Of a stretch of DNA of 64,000 nucleotides, positions 24,301-33,171 are shown one piece after another. The notes under the pieces were generated by a model that worked only from the letters and a program-made list of their open reading frames with translations, was not told the origin of the DNA and searched no databases. The stretch's first letter is position 1; each line of letters starts with the position of its first letter. This DNA comes from Polyangiales bacterium. GTDB taxonomy: Bacteria > Myxococcota_A > Polyangia > Polyangiales > Polyangiaceae. The translations under genes were made by a program, and so were the position numbers. The stretch spans positions 49,973 to 113,972 of the forward strand of contig JBBRLQ010000025.1 of NCBI GenBank assembly GCA_038231275.1. The letters are read 5' to 3'.

Positions 24301-26567
24301 CGTTGTATGGCGCCGCGCTCGCGTATGGGCTTCTGAGGCGACGAGGCGAGGCGATCACTGCGCTGCGCACGATCACCGAGCTCGATCCCGATCACGCCGA
24401 GGCCTACATGCAGCTCGGACGCACGTACCACGCGATGCGCGAGCTCCGCGACGCGAGCACCGCGTACACACAGGCGGCGAGAATCGACGCGGATCCCGAG
24501 GCGTACTACCAGCTCGCGGTCTGCCAGCACGAGCTGGGGCGCCTCGAGGACGCGATCACCTCGCTCCGCCACGTCTTGCGGCTCAAGGCCGACGACGCGC
24601 GCGCACACCTCGACCTCGGATCGATCCTCGCGGAGCTTGGGCGCGATCCGGAGGCCGTTTCTAGCCTCGAGCGCGCGCTCGAGCACAACCCCAAGCTGGT
24701 GGAGGCGCACCGGCGGCTCGCGGTCCTCTACGGCAAGCTCGGGGACAAGCGCAGGGCCGCCGCGTCGCTCATGGCGCTCGAGAAGGCGAACGCCCACGGC
24801 TACGAGACGCTCCTCGAGCTCGCGCGCAACGAGCAGTCGCTCGGGCGCACGAAAGAGGCGCTCGAGGCGGTGCGACGCGCGGTGCAGATGGCGCCCGACG
24901 ATCTCGCGGTGCACGCGCTGCGGGCAGAGCTGGCGGCGAAGCTGGACCTCCACCAGGAGGCGGCGACGGCATTCGAGGAGGTGCTCGAGCAAGAGCCGGA
25001 GAACCCGAGCGCGCTGTACGGCCTCGGCGTCGCCCGCCTGGCGCTCGATCGGCCGCGTGATGCGCTTTCGCCGCTCCGCACGCTCGTGCGCGTCGATCCG
25101 GAGAATTCGGACGGACATCGCAGGCTCGCGTCGGTCCTCGTCGCGCTCGAGCGGCACGACGAGGCGATCCCCGCGCTCGAATCGCTCGCGCGCCTCGAGC
25201 ACAACGACGCGAAGGTGCTGCTCGGCCTGGCCATTTCGTACCGAGCGGTGAAACGGCTCGACGACGCGGTCGGCATCCTGGAGCGCTGCGTCCTCCTCAC
25301 GCCCCACGCGGCGGCGCCGTGGCGCGAGCTCGGTCTGTCCTACGTGGAGCTCGGTCGCGACGCCGAGGCGGTCGATGCCCTCGAGAGCGCGGTGGAGCGC
25401 GATCCGAAGATGCTCGACGTGCGCGCCGAGCTGGGAAAGCTGTACACGCGCCAGGGTCGCCACGCCGACGCGGTCTCGACGCTTGGACCCGTCGCGCGCA
25501 CCGGTGTCCCCGATGCGGCGATCCTAGTTCACCTCGCGACCTCGCAGCGCTCCCTCGGCCTCCTCCGCGAAGCCGTGCAGAGCGTCCAGCACGCGATCGA
25601 GGCGGATCCACGGCGGCGCAAGGCGCGTCGGCTCCTCGCGGATCTCTACGCCGATCTCGGCGAGCACGAGACGGCAGTGCAGATCTACCAGGAGATCGTG
25701 CAGCGCGATCCGATCGACACGATCTCCCTGCACGGCCTCGCGAGCGCGCTCATGGCGCTGCGCCGCCACGACGACGCGCTGCCGATCATCCGCCAAGCCG
25801 TCGATACGGACGCGTCGAATCCCGACCATCACCTCCTCCTCGGCAATGTCTTGAGCGCGCTCGATCAACCGCAAGCCGCGGCCGGCGCGTACCTCGAGGC
25901 CGCGCAGCTTCGGCCGACCGACCCCGAGGCGGCGTTCAAGCTCGGCGTCGCCCTCGAGCGCATCGGCCGCCTCGCCCAAAGCCATCATGCCCTCGAGCGC
26001 GCCGTCGCCCTGCGCCCCTCGGACGCGCGCGTCCGGTTCGCCTTCGGCGTAACGCTGATGAAGCTCGGTCGGGCGCAGGAGGCCGTCGATCAATTCGAGC
26101 ACGCCGTCGCGCAGTCCCCCGAGGAGGGCCGCTTCCGCGGAGCCCTCGCCGTCGCCTACGCGCAGATCGAGCGCGTGCAAGACGCCGTGGAGCAGTACGA
26201 GGAGGCTATCCGCCTCGGCACCAGCGACGCCGATCTCCGCTACAACTATGCCGTCATGCTCGAGAAGATGGGACGCTCCCACGACGCCATCGACGCCTTC
26301 GCGCACGCGGCGCAAGAGCGCCCGAACCACGTCGAGAGCCACCGCCGCCTCGGCAAGCTCCTCGCCGAGCAAGCGCGCGACCGCGAGGCCGCAGAGGCCT
26401 ACAAGAACGCCGTCCGCTACGATCTCAACGATCCGGAGCTCCGCTACGAGCTCGGCGCCTGCTTCGCGCGCATGGGCGAGCGCGCCGCGGCGATGGAGCA
26501 GCTGCGCATCCTCCAGGCGATGGACCGCGCCGCCGCGACGCGCCTCCAGCGCATCATCCCGCGCTGA
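21369..26567 (+). CDS. Giant tetratricopeptide-repeat protein (~1730 aa, roughly 50 TPRs)
   Basis: Continuous 34-aa A...LG.......G...EA...Y..A..L.P periodicity throughout. ATG 21369 chosen because TATCAT lies 7 nt upstream; ATG 21360 is the alternative. Confidence 0.92.
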   Translation: MADPQLARTIDLLTTQLLIHPNDPHKRFQLGMAYRNSGNLQEAIKAYKRAITAKPDHAEAHYNLGVTYKMAGDWANATDAWKESVRHKPEHAEGHAQLALGLTHLGKGDEAIDEYARTLELNPEHVAARREIGLLQYRQGKYAEAAERLYKAAEAEPENAELFLRLGQSYNRLKRYAPAKAALKEALILNEASPETYKALVEAYARTGEHNDAVIAARKAVQHDPNDAESHAELAKNLAALERDKEAIVAIKRALELTPEDPQLHVALGACLMRLKDPTAAEAAYHEAVRLAPDSAPPHAGLGTAMNALERWTDALDELELATKIDATSALAFTSLGLTYKKLGRVPEAVAALHRAGELDPADVDLRYSIALHHIELGQNTEAMDALAKVLELKKDHADALMKLGEMRVAAEQWAEAIDPLKMAVKIRAEFGHAYQLLATALRKLGRHAEAIEAYKHAATSAPNDFDAVLEMGRSQAAAGNDKEAAATFERALVMKADQPDALFELGMACARMRDHADAIDALERVVKIRPTDQPAVYQLGIEYHALHRHEDAANAIERSLKLKPGDFDAQRLLGMIQSDAGKDQLAVDAFEKAHWLKQNDAEIRRRTGRSLLKLGRTREAVQALEDAARIDPNDAETHFTLGLAMKELNRPADAKARFEKTVALAPTRAEAHIELGKLLDHFGETARATEAFREATRLSPEDADAYELAGHAFMKISSYVEAAAAFKHLTRLRPADAVSLFDLGNALTHTEQDHEAVDAFEYAARQRPNHTATHGELARAYARVGRVENAIDSYRRVLALEPGTTYASLELAALLESVGLHQDRVSALLASVKASPHDVQARLKLGIAYDELGQVPEAIAALEAVVSRDPSVVDAQRRLARLHKNSGQYEKAILACEALLRLGAEDAEMLVDLAESRRQLKDNNRALDALHQAVKLSPDHVPAYRLLADIYVELGMHAEAAQAFENVLRREKTDIPALYGAALAYGLLRRRGEAITALRTITELDPDHAEAYMQLGRTYHAMRELRDASTAYTQAARIDADPEAYYQLAVCQHELGRLEDAITSLRHVLRLKADDARAHLDLGSILAELGRDPEAVSSLERALEHNPKLVEAHRRLAVLYGKLGDKRRAAASLMALEKANAHGYETLLELARNEQSLGRTKEALEAVRRAVQMAPDDLAVHALRAELAAKLDLHQEAATAFEEVLEQEPENPSALYGLGVARLALDRPRDALSPLRTLVRVDPENSDGHRRLASVLVALERHDEAIPALESLARLEHNDAKVLLGLAISYRAVKRLDDAVGILERCVLLTPHAAAPWRELGLSYVELGRDAEAVDALESAVERDPKMLDVRAELGKLYTRQGRHADAVSTLGPVARTGVPDAAILVHLATSQRSLGLLREAVQSVQHAIEADPRRRKARRLLADLYADLGEHETAVQIYQEIVQRDPIDTISLHGLASALMALRRHDDALPIIRQAVDTDASNPDHHLLLGNVLSALDQPQAAAGAYLEAAQLRPTDPEAAFKLGVALERIGRLAQSHHALERAVALRPSDARVRFAFGVTLMKLGRAQEAVDQFEHAVAQSPEEGRFRGALAVAYAQIERVQDAVEQYEEAIRLGTSDADLRYNYAVMLEKMGRSHDAIDAFAHAAQERPNHVESHRRLGKLLAEQARDREAAEAYKNAVRYDLNDPELRYELGACFARMGERAAAMEQLRILQAMDRAAATRLQRIIPR

Positions 26568-26607
26568 GCTTCTTCAGAGAGATGCGGCGGTTCGAGGCGC
26601 CGTCGCG

Positions 26608-27708
26608 TCAGTTCGCAGGACGGGGGCACGCCTGCTTGCATGTCGTGCGCTTCTGCGACGGCGGGCTCGGCAGGTTCTCGTCGCAGCACCCGTAGCTCGG
26701 CTTCAAGTTGTCGCCGCCCGCGGCGCCGCCGGTCCCAGGCTTCTTCGGATCTTCCGCGGGCGCGTCGGGATCGCCCTTCGCGCCCTTGGGGTAGATATGC
26801 GGCCACAGCGAGTCCTCGTTCGGAACGAGCTCGATGTCGCGGAGGGTGAAGATGCGCTCGATCTCGGCGTGGCGCAGCTCGCGGCCACCGTCGTCCTTCG
26901 CGCTCATCTGCTCGTACACGCGCACGCCTTCTTTGATGTAGCGAGCGGAGCTGGTGAGACGGTACTCGATGCGGCCGTAGGAGCCGGGCTCGCCGACGTC
27001 CATGTAGTCGCGGCGATCGGCGGTGAACGCGGTGAGGCGAACGAGCTCGCCGCGGCGCGGCATGAAGATGCTGGTGACGCTGCGGCACGGCTCGAGCTTC
27101 GTGTTGCCGGAGCACCCTTCGTCCTGGACGGTGACGACGACCTCCGGGCCGATGCGCTCCAGCGCGAAATACGGGCGCTTCGTGATGCCGCGGTAGATGC
27201 CGACCGCGTACACCTCGGCGGCGTCCTCTTTCGGACGAACGAGCGCGAGCGGCCCGGCCTCGGTGCCGTCGGGGAAGCGGTGTGTGCGCATCCAGAGCGC
27301 CTTCAGGCGATCGCCGCCGGTGCCGAGCGTGATCTCCCCTTCTTCGACCGCGACCGGATAGCGACGAATCCACTCGCCGCCCTTGAGCGCCGGGTCGGCG
27401 AGCACGTTGCGGCCCGTGCACGGCACCGCGTCCTCGGGGAGCGCGAGCTTCTCGGTGTCGAACGTCGGAAACACGAGGCGCCAGTAGCCGGCCTCCGACA
27501 TGTTGCGCGCCAGGCCTGTCTTCACACGCCTCACGGGGAGCCGCATCACGCATGCGGGGACCGGCGCGAGGAGGCGCGTCGGATCCTCGAAGTGCGGCTC
27601 CTTCGCAGCAGCGGCGCCGCACCCGCTCGATCCGAAGGCGGAGCCCAGGACCACGATCGCCAAAAAAAACAGCCTCTTAGAAGCGGTGAGCACACTCATC
27701 GGCCACAT
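26608..27708 (-). CDS. Hypothetical lipoprotein
   Basis: Signal peptide ending SSGC, coding-like codon bias, Cys-containing tail. Confidence 0.7.
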   Translation of the reverse strand: MWPMSVLTASKRLFFLAIVVLGSAFGSSGCGAAAAKEPHFEDPTRLLAPVPACVMRLPVRRVKTGLARNMSEAGYWRLVFPTFDTEKLALPEDAVPCTGRNVLADPALKGGEWIRRYPVAVEEGEITLGTGGDRLKALWMRTHRFPDGTEAGPLALVRPKEDAAEVYAVGIYRGITKRPYFALERIGPEVVVTVQDEGCSGNTKLEPCRSVTSIFMPRRGELVRLTAFTADRRDYMDVGEPGSYGRIEYRLTSSARYIKEGVRVYEQMSAKDDGGRELRHAEIERIFTLRDIELVPNEDSLWPHIYPKGAKGDPDAPAEDPKKPGTGGAAGGDNLKPSYGCCDENLPSPPSQKRTTCKQACPRPAN

Positions 27709-27774
27709 CCTGGAGCGATCGTACAGGCCGCCCCCGCGGCGGGCCCAATCTTGCGCGGATTCAGAGGCAGAAGA

Positions 27775-28350
27775 TCAGAGCTCGAAGTAACCGCCCGGCA
27801 CGACGAACGTGTCATCGAGCCCGGCCATCGTGAGGACGCCCCAGCACGCAAGCTTCGTCTTGACGGCGAACGTCACCACCTCGTTCGGATCGCCAATCGG
27901 CGCCAGGACGGCGAGGTTCGAGCGGTGCACGCCCCACGATCCGGGGCCGTGCTGGAGGATCGCCTCGTGCAGCTCCAGCCCCGCCGCCGGCGGATCGTTC
28001 AGGATGGCGACGCGGAGGCGCACCGGGTGATCGCCGGCGTTCATCACGTCGACGTAGACGAGGTCGCTGCGCGCGCGAACCGTGCGCGACTCGTAGCCGT
28101 GCGCGGTCAAGAAGCGGACGAGCGCCCCTTCGTTGAGCGGCGTGTAGTCGGGCTTCAGCGGCTCTCCCTGGCACGCCGCGGGCTTCAGCCGCATGTACCC
28201 TGGCGAGAGCGAGCCCTCGACGTTCGCTTCTGCGTTGCCGCCACCGGTGTTCAAGTTCACCGCCCCCGTCGCCTGCAGCTGAGAGCCGCCACAGCTCGGG
28301 AGCACGGTCGCGCCGCTCGCCAACGCGAGGGCCGCAAGGAGTCGGGTCAT
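27775..28350 (-). CDS. Hypothetical lipoprotein
   Basis: MTRLLAALALASGATVLPSC lipobox-like N-terminus. Confidence 0.75.
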   Translation of the reverse strand: MTRLLAALALASGATVLPSCGGSQLQATGAVNLNTGGGNAEANVEGSLSPGYMRLKPAACQGEPLKPDYTPLNEGALVRFLTAHGYESRTVRARSDLVYVDVMNAGDHPVRLRVAILNDPPAAGLELHEAILQHGPGSWGVHRSNLAVLAPIGDPNEVVTFAVKTKLACWGVLTMAGLDDTFVVPGGYFEL

Positions 28351-28436
28351 GCAGGAACTTTAGAGCACGCGCGCCGTCTGGACGAGTTTTCGCTCCTTCT
28401 TTGCGTTTCCTTCGGGCCGCCTAGTACGCTTTCACC

Positions 28437-29099
28437 ATGATGCGCACGGTCTCGTTCGCCCTCGCGGCGGGCGCTGCAATCGCCGGCCTAGGCGGGATCT
28501 TGAGCGGGCTCGGGTGCGGCGGGCAAATGCCCGACCCGATCGCCTTCCAGAACCGCGTCTTTTACAACTACGACGATCCGAACGCCGATCTGTCCGCCTT
28601 CGAGCAGCGCTACCCGCCGCTGGACCTCGCCGAGGCCCTGCCGAACCCCGAGTACCTCGGCGTCAGCGTCATCGGCTCGAACATCCACCTGTCGCGCCCC
28701 AAGAACTGGGTCGTCCGCACCGCGAGCAACAAAGAGACGGAGCGCTACATCGAGTACGTCTCGCCCAACGAGTACGTCTTCTCGATCTACGAGCGCGTCG
28801 ACTCGCCCGAGGACGTGTGGCGCGAGGTGATGGCGCGCTACGAAGAAGGCGTGAAGGCCGACGGCGCCGAGCTGCTCGGTCAGCGCGTGCCGGTGTCGAC
28901 GTGGAACGCGCAAGGTCGCGCCTACGTCGTCCGCCGACAGGTCAAGGCCGCCAAGTCCCCGTTCATCAGCGTGAGCCGCGAGTATTTGGCGCGCAGCGAT
29001 CACCGCATCGTCCTCGTCCAGATCCTCCACCAGACTGCGACCCTCAAGCCGGTGTCCGACGAGCTCCTCCGCGTCATCGCGACGCTCGAGCTCAATTGA
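28437..29099 (+). CDS. Hypothetical lipoprotein
   Basis: Hydrophobic N-terminus ending GLGC; divergent from the gene starting at 28350. Confidence 0.75.
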   Translation: MMRTVSFALAAGAAIAGLGGILSGLGCGGQMPDPIAFQNRVFYNYDDPNADLSAFEQRYPPLDLAEALPNPEYLGVSVIGSNIHLSRPKNWVVRTASNKETERYIEYVSPNEYVFSIYERVDSPEDVWREVMARYEEGVKADGAELLGQRVPVSTWNAQGRAYVVRRQVKAAKSPFISVSREYLARSDHRIVLVQILHQTATLKPVSDELLRVIATLELN

Positions 29100-29115
29100 C
29101 GCTGAGCTAGAGGCG

Positions 29116-30195
29116 TTACGGCATCCTCGAGTCGGCGGGGCGGTCCTCGTCGAGGATCGTCGGGCGCGCGTTGGTCATGTCGTCGCTCATTACGAAGCGG
29201 GCGGTCATGGGCTTGCCGCTGGTGGGGCGCAGGGTGGTCGTGACGCCGAGGCGGGCGCCGCGCTCGACTCCGAGCTCGAAGCGCGGCGCGTCGTGCTCTG
29301 CAAGCGTCACCTCGCACTCGATCTCGAGGACGCCGCGCGAGAACTGATCGATGACCTTGCGCAGCGTCGGGTGCAGCCGTCCGCCCGGCATGAGCCCCTC
29401 GAAGGTTTCGTAGTCCACGGGGCCGATCCCGACGCGGAAGCGGCCCGACCGATCGATGACGGAGCGCCCGATCGTCAGATCCATCCCGAGCATGCTGTTC
29501 TGCGTGCCGAGCTTCGCGATCTGATCGTCGTTCAACATCACGCGACGCGCGATGAAGCTCTTCGTGGTGATCCCGGCGCCCGGAAACAGGCGCTCCAAAA
29601 TGATCTGGAGCGAGCGCGCCGGCCTCGTCTTGATGGCCAGCAGCGGCGCGAGCGCGAGCAAGCTGAGCGGCGGCAGACCGTCCTTGGGCGGCGCGACGGC
29701 ATCGACGCCCACGAACGACAGCGCGCGTCGCGTGAAGGGATCGCTCCCGTCGAGCCGAAATCCCGCGGCAAAACGGTACTTTTTCCACGCTCGAAAAAAG
29801 AGCGACAGGAGCCGATGGTGGAAGACGTCGTAGAACGCCTTGAGCGACTTCTCGTCCGAGCGCTCGGCGTCGATGACCTCTTCGCTGATGAACGACGCGA
29901 GCGGCGACACGGCGCCGATGAGGCCCATGAAGTTCGAGCGGATCTCGGAGAAGGGCACGCCGTCGCGGATCACGCGCGGTGTGATCGACGTGATGTCGGC
30001 CGAGTGGAAGATGAGGTCCGGATCGTGCACGAAGCGGATCGACTCGCGGCGCACCGGCCCGAGGTTCCCCACTGGGATCGCGTGCGGCGCGGTCCGCTGC
30101 AAGAGCTGCACGGCCCGGAAGAAGCTGAACTTCCAGGGCTCCGTCGCCAGCTCTTGGATCAGAGCAGCGTCAGATTTCCCGTGCGTGGCGGCCAT
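29116..30195 (-). CDS. tssG: T6SS baseplate subunit TssG
   Basis: PWKFSFFRAVQLL, FMGL.G..SPL, FYDVFHHRLLSLFFRAW.KYR; directly downstream of tssF. Confidence 0.93.
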   Translation of the reverse strand: MAATHGKSDAALIQELATEPWKFSFFRAVQLLQRTAPHAIPVGNLGPVRRESIRFVHDPDLIFHSADITSITPRVIRDGVPFSEIRSNFMGLIGAVSPLASFISEEVIDAERSDEKSLKAFYDVFHHRLLSLFFRAWKKYRFAAGFRLDGSDPFTRRALSFVGVDAVAPPKDGLPPLSLLALAPLLAIKTRPARSLQIILERLFPGAGITTKSFIARRVMLNDDQIAKLGTQNSMLGMDLTIGRSVIDRSGRFRVGIGPVDYETFEGLMPGGRLHPTLRKVIDQFSRGVLEIECEVTLAEHDAPRFELGVERGARLGVTTTLRPTSGKPMTARFVMSDDMTNARPTILDEDRPADSRMP

Positions 30196-31925
30196 GCGAA
30201 CCGGACCTTCGAGTTGACGCCGTGGATCGTGGTCTTGGAGAACGAGTTGAGGGACACGTAGCTCGAGTAGAGCTGCTCGAGGACCGCCGAGAACAGGTAC
30301 AGATCGCCGTCGCCGATGAACGCGCTCTCTTCGATGTCGATATCGAGAGAGACGCCGCGCACGAGCGAGCCGCGGAAGAGGCGCTCGCTGGGCGTCACGC
30401 GGATGTCCTGCACGGCGGCGATGCGCAGCTCATTCGCGCGCGCCGCTTGGCGATCGACGAGCGCGTGGAGGTTGTACACGTCGAGGACGGCCTTCAGGAC
30501 CTGCAGCTCGGCGAGCGAACGCAGACCCATCGCCGCGTGGGCCACGACACGCCACTGAAGCTCGCGCCCGAGCGGCGCCGACACGTGCTGCGTCACCGCC
30601 AAGATGTTCTTGAACGTCGCCGACGATGGCGAGCTCGGCGTCGGTACGCAGATCTCTCCCGCGCGGAGCACGTTCGCCAGCTTCCCGTTCGTCGCGAGGA
30701 GATCGACCGACACGACGTCGGCGTCGGGGAGCACGCCTGCGTCTTCCGGCGTACCGAACGAGAGCATCGTGTCGACCCCGTCGGCCACGACGCTCGGGTG
30801 CAAGTGCATCGTGTAAAACGTGCGCGTACTGTCGGTGGAGTTCTCCGCGTGGGAGAAATCGTAGAAGGCCGGAATCACCACGCGATCGGTCGTCCCCAGC
30901 GGGATCGTCATCACGCGCTCGATCGCGTACACCTCCGCGTGCCCCGGCGGCAGCCCGGCGGGCCTCACCAAGAACTCTTCGCGCGCGACGTTGAGCCGGA
31001 TCGGCTCCGCGCTCGTCTCGAAGATGTTCACGACCGGCACGCAGTGGAGCTTCACCGCCTCGTGCATCGACTGCGGCGCGTCCTTGTACGGCGCGTCGAA
31101 GCGAAGGCCGAGCACGAACGTCTGCAGGTCCTTGCCGATCTCCTGCGCGCGGAGGAGGCCCGCCACGTCGACGAACGCGAACTTCTGCGGGATGACGTAG
31201 TACTCCTCGAGGAGCCGGTAGCCGGGGAAGGCCATGCGCCCGAACGGAAGGAGCGCCTCGTCGTCGTGGAAGCCCGCGTGCGAGAGCGCGCGCTTTCCGA
31301 GCGAGATCTCCTTCGTCTTTCCGGGAGCACTTTCGGTGAACAGCACGACGTCGTCGAGGTGCTCGTGGATCCACATGAGCAGCCCGAGCTGCGAGCGCTG
31401 ATCGCCGGCGAGGTAGAGCCGCGTCTTCTCGCCCGCGACCGCCGAGAGCTGTGCGCCGCCGAGGAGGCGAAACGTGATGCGGAGCATCTGCTTGCCGCGC
31501 GGCAAGAGCTCGAGCCGGATGTCGTCGATCGCCCACGGTGCGAGCTCGCACGGCCACACCGACTGGAAACGGCATGACGTCCCGTCTACCTCGACGCTCG
31601 CGAACTCCGCCCCCTTCGGCACTACCGTGCGCTCGCGGAGGACACCTGGAAGCGGCGTGATCTCGAGCATCGTCGCCGCAGGCAGCGGACGCAGGAGGTG
31701 CGGGAAGAGGAGCGACGCCATCCCGTGGATGACTTCGGGGATCTCGTCGTCGAGCTTCTCCCGGATGCGCCCGGTCAGGAACGCGACGCCCTCGAGCAGC
31801 CGCTCCACGTCGGGATCGCCGCCGCGGTCCGCCAGCATCGGCGCCAGCGCCGGATACGCCCCCGCAAACTCCTTGCCGAGCTCGCGCAGATAGACGATCT
31901 CGTCTTGGAAATATTTGTTGAACAC
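30159..31925 (-). CDS. tssF: T6SS baseplate subunit TssF
   Basis: YFQDE..YLRELGKEFA..YP..A, DPDVERLLEG.AFLT.RI..KLDDE.PE, C-terminal YVSLNSF...WPPR.G. Confidence 0.96.
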   Translation of the reverse strand: MFNKYFQDEIVYLRELGKEFAGAYPALAPMLADRGGDPDVERLLEGVAFLTGRIREKLDDEIPEVIHGMASLLFPHLLRPLPAATMLEITPLPGVLRERTVVPKGAEFASVEVDGTSCRFQSVWPCELAPWAIDDIRLELLPRGKQMLRITFRLLGGAQLSAVAGEKTRLYLAGDQRSQLGLLMWIHEHLDDVVLFTESAPGKTKEISLGKRALSHAGFHDDEALLPFGRMAFPGYRLLEEYYVIPQKFAFVDVAGLLRAQEIGKDLQTFVLGLRFDAPYKDAPQSMHEAVKLHCVPVVNIFETSAEPIRLNVAREEFLVRPAGLPPGHAEVYAIERVMTIPLGTTDRVVIPAFYDFSHAENSTDSTRTFYTMHLHPSVVADGVDTMLSFGTPEDAGVLPDADVVSVDLLATNGKLANVLRAGEICVPTPSSPSSATFKNILAVTQHVSAPLGRELQWRVVAHAAMGLRSLAELQVLKAVLDVYNLHALVDRQAARANELRIAAVQDIRVTPSERLFRGSLVRGVSLDIDIEESAFIGDGDLYLFSAVLEQLYSSYVSLNSFSKTTIHGVNSKVRFAWPPRTGNLTLL

Positions 31926-31954
31926 TGGCGCGAACGGGGGCGATCGGCGTGAAT

Positions 31955-32356
31955 TTACTTCACCGAGATCTTACGCGACATCTCCATGGTGGTCTCGAAT
32001 TTCATGGGCGTTTTTCCGTTCTCGGTCACCAGCGACGCGGCGATCTCGAAGCGGATGATGAGGTCGTCGTTGGGGATGAAGTTCACCCGCACGCCCGTGA
32101 GGCGGGGCTCGTAGGCCTCGATCGTGTGCTTCAGCGCCCGCTGCATCGTCGCGATGGCGTCGGGGAAGTTGTGCAGCATCTCGGTGACGTCGGGAATCCC
32201 GTAATCCGGCAGCGTCGCCATCGAGCCTTGCCGCGTGGACAGCATGCCCTGCAGGTGCTCGAGCAGGTTCTCGCGAAGCTCGCTCGCCGGGATGTTCCTA
32301 CGAGCCGTCGCCAGCTCGGGGTGCCTCACGCGGGAAAGGAGGGATGCGCGCTTCAT
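31955..32356 (-). CDS. tssE: T6SS baseplate subunit TssE (gp25-like)
   Basis: HL...L.TRQG......DYGIPD...I..YEPRL..VRV. Confidence 0.92.
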   Translation of the reverse strand: MKRASLLSRVRHPELATARRNIPASELRENLLEHLQGMLSTRQGSMATLPDYGIPDVTEMLHNFPDAIATMQRALKHTIEAYEPRLTGVRVNFIPNDDLIIRFEIAASLVTENGKTPMKFETTMEMSRKISVK

Positions 32357-32394
32357 GCTGTTTCCGACGATGCTACAACAGCCAACCGTGCTCC

Positions 32395-32432
32395 AAAGAA
32401 AAAGGCCCCGCTACGGTCATCGCAGCGGGGCC
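32395..32432 (-). terminator. Intrinsic terminator after hcp
   Basis: Minus strand reads GGCCCCGCTGCG-ATGAC-CGTAGCGGGGCC then TTTTTCTTT. Confidence 0.88.
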
Positions 32433-32454
32433 AAATCCTTCGAACGGGTCGGAC

Positions 32455-32973
32455 CTAGACGGTCGCTTCCGCGTTCCAGTCGTCGACCGCGGTCTTGCTG
32501 GCGAGGATGTGCTCCATCTGGATCTTGTTGAAGGCGATCGAGATGTCCTCGAGCTCCATCGTGTCGTAGATTCCAGGAGACTTGGCGTTCGAGCCCGTTG
32601 CCTCGTCCTCGTTGGTGCCCGTGTACTGGCGGACCTTGACGATGTGCGAGTCGGTCAGCGTGATGCGGTAGTAGTCCTCGTCCTTACCGGTCTTGTCCTT
32701 CTGTTGGAAGGTGATGGTGAAGGTCGAGATCTTTTCGTTGCTCGTGCAGGCCGACCAGAACTGAACCGAAGTGGCGTCCCACTCCTTGGTCAGGATGATG
32801 TTCTTGTGCTGCCGCTTCCCCTTGGCCTTGTTCGTCGAGACGTCGAACGCAGCAAGAACTTCGTACTGGAATCGGATGCAGGGGAACTCGTCCTTGTGCT
32901 TGTCGCGCGGGCTGGTTCCAGCCGATGCACCCTGCTTGTCGAACTTGCACTTCGCATTAAATTCGTATGCCAT
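32455..32973 (-). CDS. hcp: T6SS tube protein Hcp (TssD)
   Basis: KQG...G.S.......GKRQHK.I..TKEWD..S...; YY.I.L.D..I; E.ISI.F.KI; GGAGG SD; lies between tssC and tssE. Confidence 0.92.
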   Translation of the reverse strand: MAYEFNAKCKFDKQGASAGTSPRDKHKDEFPCIRFQYEVLAAFDVSTNKAKGKRQHKNIILTKEWDATSVQFWSACTSNEKISTFTITFQQKDKTGKDEDYYRITLTDSHIVKVRQYTGTNEDEATGSNAKSPGIYDTMELEDISIAFNKIQMEHILASKTAVDDWNAEATV

Positions 32974-33102
32974 TTGTCTGCCTCCAGGTCTTGGCGAGCG
33001 CTTCCGGCGACTAGCGCCTTTCCCGTTTCAAATTAAGTCTACCCGACTGGGTGGCTTTTTCTCCCCTCATCGTTGTCCCCCGAACGGGCGACGAGGGAAG
33101 CA

Positions 33103-33128
33103 GATCCCGCGGCTAACTCCGCGGGATC
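33103..33128. repeat. Perfect 10-bp inverted repeat in the tssC-hcp intergenic region
   Basis: GATCCCGCGG-CTAACT-CCGCGGGATC. Confidence 0.85.
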
Positions 33129-33171
33129 CGGTCGAACGACGCCACCAGGCGCATCGGGGAGCCAGGAAACG

